Below, in pieces: positions 1 to 10,000 of a stretch of DNA of 64,000 bases. Both the position numbers and the translations under genes were made by a program. Positions within the stretch are counted from its first letter, which is position 1, and each line of letters opens with the position of its first letter. Where the stretch lies: contig NIVC01000666.1 in assembly GCA_002269645.1 (NCBI GenBank), forward strand, positions 310,001-374,000, read 5' to 3'. The notes beneath the pieces were generated by a model. The model saw only the letters and a list, made by a program, of their open reading frames with translations. It made no database searches and was not told the origin of the DNA. This DNA is from Macrostomum lignano. Lineage: Eukaryota.

Positions 1-2182
1 TTAAGGCAATGGAGGGTTGGCGGCGGTAGCCGCTCGTGTCAATTAGGCCATTGCCTTAAACTCTGACTTCCGATGAGCATCATTGCTAAAAATTTCAAAA
101 CTCTTACGTAATCTACGCACTTTATGTACACTATCGTGAATTCTTATCAGTCGATGCTTCTAAGGGGGTTTGAAATAAGGTTACCTCCACCTCGCCTATG
201 TCTCACCTTTAAGTCGCGCACCTGAAGTCACCCACCCCTTACTCTGCACCCACCCCTAAATTAATTACAAATATAAATATTTGCGTGTCTAGAGATCAAA
301 TCTCAGATAGAGAAAAGCGGACGGCTGCAGAGATGGAGGCACCGCTCATTAATTGGAAGCATTTGCCCTGCAGTGAGCTGGGCAACGTGACTAAGGACGA
401 ATTGAATTTTGTTTCGGAGGCTTCTTACAATGACAGAAGGGACGACGAGTTCGCTAGATTTCTCGAATTCATTCAAAAGGAGCCCGAGCCCGATGAGCAT
501 CTGCCGCTCCTGCAGGAAGGCGGCGTAGATATCAGCGCCATGGACATCGCCGAGATTGACAGCCTACCAGCAGACAGCAGGAAGCAGATGATCAGCCATG
601 GACAGCGGTTCAAGACATTCCTCACAGAGGAAAATCTTCAGCGCAATTTACAAACCATTCCGAATTCGGTGCTCAACCAATACATTCGCTACTTCTACTT
701 TAAACTGAAGAAGATTGACGGCGAACCCTACTCTCCTGCATCGCTGGTGTGCATCAGGGCTGGACTGCAGCGCTATTTGCGGATGATCGAGAAGCTAACC
801 GTTGACATCATCAATGGAGAAGACTTTTCTTCTGCAAATAGCATGCTGCGTGTGAAGGTTCGAGACTTTCACCAGAGTGGTGGGAGGACGCAGCAGTTTG
901 AGCCAATCGAGGAGGGGGACATGAGGAAGCTGATGATCTACTTCCAAGGCAGCACAGCTGAAGTTGAGCAGGACAAATTCTTATTCTACATCATATACAG
1001 CTTTGGCGAGCGAGGCCAGGAGCACCTCAAGTTCTTGAAGGATAGAAGCTCACTTCAATTGCACGTCGACTCTGATGGAAAGCCGTACTACTGTCTGCCT
1101 CCGTTGCCCTCGAAAAATAAGTCAGCAGATCCAGAGAAGGCCAAGAAGCAGCCGGACAACAAGCAGGCCAGAATTTACGACGTGGAAAAGGTGGAGAAAT
1201 ACCTCAAGCTGCTTCCAGTTACAACGAAGGACAACAATCTGTTTCCTCGTCCTTTGGCCAGCCGCAACGATGAAGGCCCTGTTTTCTCCTCGAAGCAGAA
1301 CCGTGGAGAGAATTATCTGAGTGGCTTCATGAGAAACTTGAGTACGAAGGCGGGACTTGCGAAGACCTACACGAATCATTGCATTCGGTAAGACTGATAA
1401 ATTAATAATAGTAACTTTAATTATGTTATGATACATGTTATGTTACCAGTTACTCATGAATCCAACTATATAAATTTGCACTCTAAAACAGGGTCACGCG
1501 AATATGCGATCTCGAGGCGGCAGGGCACAGCATGAGCGATATAATGAGCATTACTGGACAGCTGAGCGAGCGAACGACTAGGAGGTACCTAGCCAAGCGT
1601 CGCGACCGGTCGCTTCAAAAGACGAGTGAGTCTGTTCAGGTGGCGTTGAATCGTCATGATCTAGAGCAAGAAGCTGGGCCACCCGAACATGCTGATGCTG
1701 TTGAGATTGTCGGTGAGACTGCAGTATCGACGGAGGTTAGTGTTAGCACTGAAGCTGCCTATTCTGTTGGTACGAAGTTTGCCTTCAACAATTGCACCTT
1801 TCACGGATGTTCCTTTAATTAGGCATGCAATCTTTACTTCTACAGGAATCAGCAAATTGTACTCGTAGAATTACTGAAAGAATAAGAACGACAGTCTAGT
1901 TTAATATTTTTTATTTAATGACTTTTAGTACTTTGCTCGACCAGTATGATGTTCATCACCGACAAAAATTTACATGATATACTGACACCAGCTGTGCTTT
2001 TTGTACTGTCGATTTTGCAATTCTTGTGCCAGTTTAATTATTTACATCTTAAAATAAACGTTTTGAATTGACTGATGCAAAATATGCTTTGCAAGATGCT
2101 GGATAAAAACTGGCTTGAATTAATTGGTTGCATTGGAATTGGAATTCTAGGCAATGGCCGGCCATTGCCATGGGTCATTGCC
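1..2182 (+). mobile_element. Crypton DNA transposon (boundaries tentative)
   Basis: The YR gene is flanked by related inverted motifs: TTAAGGCAATGG(1-12)...CCATTGCCTTAA(48-59) and the palindrome GGCAATGGCCGGCCATTGCC (2150-2169). Confidence 0.6.
333..1822 (+). CDS. Crypton-type tyrosine recombinase (DUF3504/KCTD1-QRICH1-ZMYM-related), 2 exons, ~461 aa
   Basis: Exon 333-1387 has YSPASLVCIRAGLQRYL, FGERGQEH (catalytic R) and YTNHCIR (HxxR). A GT-AG intron at 1388-1491 (CG|gtaag...aaacag|G) joins in frame to VTRICDLEAAGHSMSDIMSITGQLSERTTRRY (catalytic Y) and a Crypton-like FNNCTF C-terminus. The start may lie further upstream (ORF open from 285). Confidence 0.85.
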
Positions 2183-2201
2183 ATGAGGAGAAATTTTGGG
2201 C

Positions 2202-2527
2202 AATGTATGCAAGCACACTTTAGTGGATAGTAGCACACAATGTATGCAAGCACACTTTAGTGGATAGTAGCACACAATGTATGCAAGCACACTTTAGTGG
2301 ATAGTAGCACACAATGTATGCAAGCACACTTTAGTGGATAGTAGCACACAATGTATGCAAGCACACTTTAGTGGATAGTAGCACACAATGTATGCAAGCA
2401 CACTTTAGTGGATAGTAGCACACAATGTATGCAAGCACACTTTAGTGGATAGTAGCACACAATGTATGCAAGCACACTTCAGTAAATAGTCGCACACAAT
2501 GTATGCAAGCACACTTCAGTGGATAGT
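2202..2527. repeat. 37-bp minisatellite (AATGTATGCAAGCACACTTTAGTGGATAGTAGCACAC), ~8.5 copies
   Basis: Near-identical head-to-tail units with no spacers. Confidence 0.95.
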
Positions 2528-3097
2528 AGATTAAGGATTCTTAAAGTTAAAGAAGTCGAAAATGAGACACACAAGGACCACTAGAAGTAGAACTAGGAGA
2601 CACAACTTGTGACAAATCAAAATAAGGCGCAACTTTTGGAATCACCTAGACATATCTACAGGCATCACGCGCATGAAAATCAATGTCGGCTCAGAGGAAG
2701 AGTCAGGTGACACCGTTTCAGCCGGTAGCGAGTTACACATTTGTGTACCAGTAAAAACAACCAGGTGAACTCAAAGGCTGTGCATCTACATGTACATGTA
2801 TGTGACTTAACCCCATGGAAGCTGTTGACCCGAATTTCGAGCTTGGTATTTAATGTCGAACATTGTCTCTAAGCAAGCCCTACAAATCAGCTCACCAAAT
2901 CGATATTCGCTGCTGTCTTGATCGGCACTCGCGGCTTCATTGGTGTCTCTAGTTGAAGACGTTGGCATATTGGAAATGTCCGCTGAAAGTTTAAGCAGGA
3001 AAAGCATCGGTTAAGGACAACAACCAGTGCACAACAGAGACCAGCGTCTCTGACCGATACCGGAATCAAAACTGTCAAAAGACTGAAGTTGGAGCTA

Positions 3098-3253
3098 CTA
3101 ACCGGAACTTCCGCTTCTGCTGAAGCCCCTTCCACCGCCTCGCCAAGCTTCGCCTCTTCCTGCGCGACCTCTGAAGCCGCCTCTGAAGTCGCCTCTGAAG
3201 CCGCCTCGGCCTCTTGCCGCTCCTCTACCTTCGCTCATGCTGTTCTGCGGAAC
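3098..3253 (-). CDS. Possible terminal exon or short ORF encoding an RGG/RG-rich peptide
   Basis: After a ctattccag acceptor, the minus strand reads VPQNSMSEGRGAARGRGGFRGDFRGGFRGRAGRGEAWRGGGRGFSRSGSSG*. Upstream exons were not resolved. Confidence 0.35.
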   Translation of the reverse strand, partial: VPQNSMSEGRGAARGRGGFRGDFRGGFRGRAGRGEAWRGGGRGFSRSGSSG

Positions 3254-4019
3254 CTGGAATAGTAGCACCTTTATTTGTACTGGCGCAATATTGGTTAACT
3301 TTTGTGTACTTTTAAATCCTGCAATACTAGGATGTCTTTAATCTACTGAAAGAACTCACAAAGGAACTCGATGGCTGCACCTACCTATGCACTGAACCTA
3401 CACGATTCTGAAAGACCGTTTGGCTTATTTTTTTGTAAATATTTAACACTAATTATCCGTCTTTTTCGTAGTCTTCAGAGTCTGTCTGTGCTACAATAAG
3501 CTGCTTAATATCAAACGGAGTGACTGAGCATTTGTATTTTGTAGCCTTGAGAAGGAGCAGGCCCGGTTGAGGCGAGACGTGTCGACTTTCCAGGAAATTT
3601 TCATCCAATTCATTCTCTATGTACATTGTCCAATTTTTACACTGACACAATGCTTTCATTTGGACTGGGAAAACATTGCATGGTGTGTACATGCGTCTAT
3701 TTTTAGAAAATATGTACTTTCTTGTGCAGTAGCAGAGAGAGTAGTACTTACCTAGGTCGTAATAAATGCAGCAGCAGAACAGCCCAGTCTGCTCTCAGTC
3801 ACAGTGTTCTGTGTTCTCTCAATCACTCTATAAGAGTGTTAATTGCTACTGAATCTGCTTTCTGTTCACTTCACTTGTTGAGGTTTGGTCCAGGGCTGGG
3901 ACTCAGAACTCAGGACTGGGAAGCATTTTCTGATGATCTTGTCCTGGGAAGGCAATCATAAGGAATTTGGAATGAAAACTGTATGGGATATTTAGAGGCA
4001 AAATCTGAAGGATTTTTGG

Positions 4020-4385
4020 AGGGAAATGGAATATCTTGGGGAATTCAGGAGGGAATATCTTGGGGAATTCAGGAGGGAATATCTTGGGGAATTCAGGAGG
4101 AAATATCTTGGGGAATTCAGGAGGAAATATCTTGGGGAATTCAGGAGGAAATATCTTGGGGAATTCAGGAGGGAATCTCTTGGGGAATTCGTGAGGGAAT
4201 CTCTTGGAAAATTTGTGGGGGAATCTCTTGTGAGGGACTTTCTTGGGGAATTCGTGAGGGAATCTCATGGGAATTTCAGGAGAGAATCTCTAAGAGAACT
4301 CGGGAGTGAATCTCTTGGGGGATTCGGAACGGAATCTCTTATGGAATTCGGGAGGGAATCTATTGGGGAATTTAGGGAGGAAATC
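4020..4385. repeat. 24-bp minisatellite (GGGAATTCAGGAGGAAATATCTTG), degenerating rightwards
   Basis: 24-nt period, visible as 8-aa periodicity in three overlapping spurious ORFs. Confidence 0.9.
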
Positions 4386-5069
4386 TCTCTCATCGAGAGG
4401 AAACTTGGTGGTACTCTTGAGCGTCTTGAAATAAAACAAAAGTTGAGGTGGAAAACAAACTGACTTGACTCCTAATTAAGCGCATTTATACTAGTTTTCA
4501 ATAGTTCTGAAGGCGTATAAAGATCGCAAAGCTTTTTTACAGAGAAAACAGAGAAAACAGTCCGAGAGAGCAGACTATCATGGAGTACAGAGAAGAAGAC
4601 TATTACATTTACCTTTAGACCTTAGACCTTAGACCTATTACCTCTATTACCTTTAGACCTTGGATTTTTTGTCTTTCAATATACATACCGACTACCGAGC
4701 CAGGGGCCAGGGCCTTCTGAGGTCTGTCAATTTGTGTGCACCCCCAACCCCTCAGCTCGAATGCGTGCATTGATGGCTAGGCTATAAATGTACATACGCT
4801 GTATGTACACTAATTCGGGGAATATGCGATTATTTCCAAGAAATTTTTGGGTTTCCAACTCCAATTTAAATTGCCAGACCGAAGCGTATTTAAATACGAG
4901 CTAAATGTGACTTGATACTTGGTGATAAGCTATGAGTGTAACTTTCGTTTTCCTGATTCAAATTGAATTCTGCATCTGCAATTTTGGTGAATCACTGCAA
5001 CACAAGGTAAGCAAAAGCTTGTGATATACGAGTATAATCTACACGCTGTTAAAGCCCGCAGATTTCGAA

Positions 5070-5510
5070 CTCTCTCCTCTCCTCGCTCCCCTCTTCTCTC
5101 TCTTCTCTCTCCTCTCTCCCCTCTCTCCTCTTCTCTCTAATATCTCCTCTTTTCTCTCTACTCTCTCATTTCTAATCTCTTCTGTCCTCTCTCCTCTCTG
5201 CTCTCTCTTCTCTCCTTTCTTTTCTATCCTCTCTAATCGGTCTTTTCTTCTCATGCTCAAACGAAATTGAATTAAATTCGTGTTAAATTAAGATTTGATG
5301 CCTTTTAAACTTCTCTCCTCACTCTTATCTTTCCTCTCACTTTTTTCCTCTTATCTCTACAATCTTATCTCTCCTCTTTTCTCTTGACTCTTTCCATCCT
5401 CTTTCCATCTTTTTTCTCTATTCTTTATTATTCATTTCTCCTCTCTCCTCACTCTTCTCTTCTGTCTTCTCTCTCCTCTCCCCTCACTTCTCTCTCTCCC
5501 CTCTCTCATT
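5070..5510. repeat. CT-rich polypyrimidine low-complexity tract
   Basis: Almost purely C/T on the + strand; abuts the purine-rich array. Confidence 0.85.
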
Positions 5511-6960
5511 TTAAGGAAGATGAGAGTGGAAAGGCGAGGAACTGGAAAGATTAAAGATGCATGGGAGAACAGAGTAGAGGCGAGAGATGGGATGATGGAA
5601 AAGATAAAAGAGGAGAGACGAGGAGAGAGAGAAGCAAGAAGAGATGGGAGAGAGGAGAGAAGATGATGGATGAGATGAGAAAAGAAAGGAGAGGAAGGGA
5701 GAAAGGAGACAGAAGAGAAGAGTGAGGAGAGAGAAGAGAGTAGGGGAGAAAGGAGACAGATGAGAAAACTGAGGAGAGAGAAGAGAGGAGGGGAGAAAGG
5801 AGACAGATGAGAAAACTGAGGAGAGAGAAGAGAAGAGGGGAGAAAGGAGACAGAAGAGAAAAGTGAGGAGAGAGAAGAGAAGAGGGGAGAAAGGAGACAG
5901 ATGAGAAAACTGAGGAGAGAGAAGAGAGGAGGGGAGAAAGGAGACAGATGAGAAAACTGAGGAGAGAGAAGAGAAGAGGGGAGAAAGGAGACAGAAGAGA
6001 AAAGTGAGGAGAGAGAAGAGAAGAGGGGAGAAAGGAGACAGATGAGAAAACTGAGGAGAGAGAAGAGAGGAGGGGAGAAAGGAGACAGATGAGAAAACTG
6101 AGGAGAGAGAAGAGAGGAGGGGAGAAAGGAGACAGATGAGAAAACTGAGGAGAGAGAAGAGAGGAGGGGAGAAAGGAGACAGATGAGAAAACTGAGGAGA
6201 GAGAAGAGAAGAGGGGAGAAAGGAGACAGATGAGAAAACTGAGGAGAGAGAAGAGAGGAGGGGAGAAAGGAGACAGATGAGAAAACTGAGGAGAGAGAAG
6301 AGAGGAGGGGAGAAAGGAGACAGATGAGAAAACTGAGGAGAGAGAAGAGAAGAGGGGAGAAAGGAGACAGATGAGAAAACTGAGGAGAGAGAAGAGAGGA
6401 GGGGAGAAAGGAGACAGATGAGAAAACTGAGGAGAGAGAAGAGAGGAGGGGAGAAAGGAGACAGATGAGAAAACTGAGGAGAGAGAAGAGAGGAGGGGAG
6501 AAAGGAGACAGATGAGAAAACTGAGGAGAGAGAAGAGAGGAGGGGAGAAAGGAGACAGATGAGAAAACTGAGGAGAGAGAAGAGAGGAGGGGAGAAAGGA
6601 GACAGATGAGAAAACTGAGGAGAGAGAAGAGAGGAGGGGAGAAAGGAGACAGATGAGAAAACTGAGGAGAGAGAAGAGAAGAGGGGAGAAAGGAGACATG
6701 AGAAAACTGAGGAGAGAGAAGAGAAGAGGGGAGAAAGGAGACAGATGAGAAAACTGAGGAGAGAGAAGAGAAGAGGGGAGAAAGGAGACAGAAGAGAAAA
6801 GTGAGGAGAGAGAAGAGAAGAGGGGAGAAAGGAGACATGAGAAAACTGAGGAGAGAGAAGAGAAGAGGGGAGAAAGGAGACAGAAGAGAAAAGTGAGGAG
6901 AGGGAAGAAAGGAGACAAAGTTCAAAGGACCCGAGGGACAGAGAGAGAGAGGCAGAGGCC
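5510..6960. repeat. GA-rich array with a 47-bp unit (GAGAAAACTGAGGAGAGAGAAGAGAGGAGGGGAGAAAGGAGACAGAT), ~26 copies in 5700-6920
   Basis: The unit recurs at 5762, 5809 and onward; it explains the L/S/F/P-rich ORFs 5432-7126 and 5551-6918. Confidence 0.95.
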
Positions 6961-7099
6961 AGAGTTTGCTAACGCATGCTTTAGGTAGAATTTGCCTGTT
7001 ATTCTGTGCGACCTCTAATAAAAATGAATCAAATTTCTCAGGTGAAACAAAACTGCCCGAGTCACTGAGAGGCTGCAGGTACCGAGCTTTTGAGTCACC

Positions 7100-10000
7100 A
7101 TGGCTCACAGTGACCAGTCTCGGCAACAGGTATTCGATGAAGGCTTTGACTATGTCTGCGCGTCTGCTCAGGACAATGGTGAGCAGTTGTTGCTTGGTTG
7201 AATTATAATCAATTTATTGCCTAGAATCTATTTGAACTTTTTCAACAATCACGATAAATACGAGCGTTGAGCGTATAAAAGTACAAATATAAACCTACAT
7301 GTATATAGAAAAGCTCCTTTGAGCCAGCCTCCTTAACGCTCCTTAACAGTTTTGCCTCTGTTGCACCTTTCTAAGAAACTCACCCGAAAGTGAACACGTT
7401 TAACTTTATCAGAATGCAATTTTTATGCACGCAGTCAAACATTAGATTCATTTTCTCGCTACTGTTAGTAGTATTAGCAGCGTGATAATGCCTTGCACAA
7501 CCGGCGAGAGGCATTGCTGCCCATTCCGCCGACTCCCCTGAGCAGGCACACAAGCGCGCGGATACGTAAGCAGTCATACGCACAGGCACTCACTCACACA
7601 GGAGTGTACAGCGGCCCTAACTTTATTTATCATTAGGCATGTACACTTCATTCTAAGGGGGGGGCCGTAGCCCAGCGGTAGCGCAGCTGCTCTGGTGTGC
7701 CAGCGACCCAGGCTCGATTCCAAGTGCAGTCACATTCATTTGGGGCTGAATTGGAATCTCGGCTTGGCTCTGCTCGTGCAATTAACGGCCTTGAGAGCCA
7801 ACCCCCCCAAGGCGCAGTGAAGTGTACATGCCTAACGATAATATAAAGTTAGGGCCGCTGTACACTCCTGTGTGAGTGTGTGCCTGCGTACGTATCCGCG
7901 AGCTTGTATGCCTGCTCAGGGGAGTCGGCGGAATGGGCAGTAATGCCTCTCGCCGGTTGTGTGCCTATGTCGCTTAAAGTGCGCCAGGGTGCACACAACC
8001 CCCCTGCCTCAAATAAAAAAACAAAACACTTCATTCTGTCTTTGGTGGGTTGGCCTTCAAGGACGTTAATAGCACGAGCAGAGCCAAGTCGAGATTCCAA
8101 TTCAGCTCCAAATAAACGTGACTGCACTTGAAATCAAGCCTGGGCCTCTGGCAAATCAGAGCGCAGTGCCCCTTATTATAATCAATATCAGCCACAACTA
8201 ATGCTTTTCTAACCCTTCTGAAATTCTGCTTACCTTTCCAGGCGCGCAAAAGCAATTTAAAATTCACAGAGGAAGCAAAATAAGAGCTAGAAGAGGCCGC
8301 GGCGGAGGCGGCGGAGGGCGAAGCGACGGATTGAACCTGGGTGGTGGCGAAGTTCCAGGTAAGCTGACTCAATCACGTGGCTCAAACAGCCAGTATAAAG
8401 TTTAGTAATAGCGAGAATAGCAAATATGGTCTCGTATAGTTTGAATCCACTGGTAGATTAAGTAGATTCCGCAGTAATACTTCGTACTATTGAGGTACTA
8501 AGTACGTATTAGGAGATGCCTTAAGCTCATTGAGGACACCTTAAAGCAATTTTACTGTTTAAGAGTTAACTTAGACTTCTTTTTATTTTTTTACAAGGGT
8601 TTGTAGCCTATAGTGGTTAGACTGAAACGTCGGGGGTTCGATTCCTGATCCTACTGGAACAGTTTGTATCCTTGACCTTGAGTAAGACACTTAACTCCGT
8701 ATTTCTGCAGTTCACCCAGCTGTAAAATGGGTGCCAGCATTAGCTGGTGTAATTGAGGGTGTGTGGCCACCCTCCAGTCCTTGGACTGAACAGCCGTACG
8801 CAGCCTTCAGATGCGCCGCGCAATAGCTGCGGCTGAGCTGTCGGTTGCACATCTGGCCCAATTGGGGCGGGCGCAATCAATTTTTTTCTCTTTTTTATGT
8901 AAGCTCATTTTTTATCAAGAAATGATTTCATCACAAGCAGTTCTCAGATGCAGCGTTGACAGGTTAGCTTTAAGTGTATACCATGATCTCTCGTCCGATC
9001 TCAGAGTTTCGTTCCTTCTAAACAGTTCTCTGATACACGTTGAGTCGTTAGCTTGATCAAAGCAGTACTCAGCACTGCCTGACGTCCTGTTTCTAACTGC
9101 ACGCATTCAGCAGATTTTCCTCGCCCTGCTGTCGATGCGCCGCCGACTGCAGCGCCAGCTACGAGTAGTCAAGACGGCAGTGAGTTCTGATTTGGTGAGT
9201 TTGTGTCTCGAAATCACAACTCTGTAAGCTCATTCAACGGTTTGAATGCGATTCTGTACGTGGCCACATTTAATTGAGGCTTATACACAAAAATTAGTCT
9301 AGAGCTTCTCAGACGATTCATACCCATCCCAAACTTTATGCCCATCCCAGACGTTCCAACCATAGGGAGCATGTAAAAATATTCGATACCAATTAGACAA
9401 ATCCAGGCTTGATCAGCCGTTGAAAGCGTTCTCCTTTACTTACTTTACGTTCCCCACCGCACTCCATCCAGGCTATTTGGTTCATATCAGCCCCGGCAGG
9501 TGCGGCTACGTTACCTACGAGGACAGTCCGTCAGCCAAACACGGAGCCATTTTTGGTCACCACTGGGTCCAGCAGCTCGACTTGAAGCTCGGCGACAGGC
9601 TGCAGTACAGAATCGAAAAAAATGGCACAAAAGATGTAGCGAGAGACATCAGCAAACCGCCACATGTACTCGTAAAACAGGACTTGAAAGTAGCAGCTCT
9701 GCCAGCTGCAAGCCCCACTATCAAGGGCACAATAACTGGGACGCACACACTTAAGACTTGCCAATCGAAAATATACCACGTGACGACCGACACCGGTAAG
9801 CAAACAGTTCTGCCTCGGAAGCTGTACTTCAGCGGCTGGGACCCGAGCATGGAGATCAGGTCACCTGCACACCGCGCGAGGCGAAGCCTGGCCAGAAGCC
9901 GACAATGGACATGCGGCTGGAGAAGCCCGTCCAACGAAGCGATCAACAAGTCAGCAGCTTCATTGAGTCGCTGAGTAGCAAGACGAGCAACAGAGACATT

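Noticed and set aside
2202-2527. 37-bp repeats as a CRISPR array (also the 43-bp arrays at 30075 and 49305)
   Set aside because: Units are contiguous with no unique spacers, there are no cas genes, and the context is spliced eukaryotic genes.
5432-7126. Long hydrophobic ORFs (564 and 455 aa) as membrane proteins
   Set aside because: They are translations of the GA/CT satellite; the same applies to the ORFs at 42377-43651.
7660-7735. Functional tRNA gene (also 8597-8660)
   Set aside because: A and B boxes are present, but there is no convincing acceptor or anticodon stem, and each continues into a SINE body.
8919-8965. Additional ZNFX1 exon
   Set aside because: Its exit phase is incompatible with the phase-1 chain of neighbouring exons.
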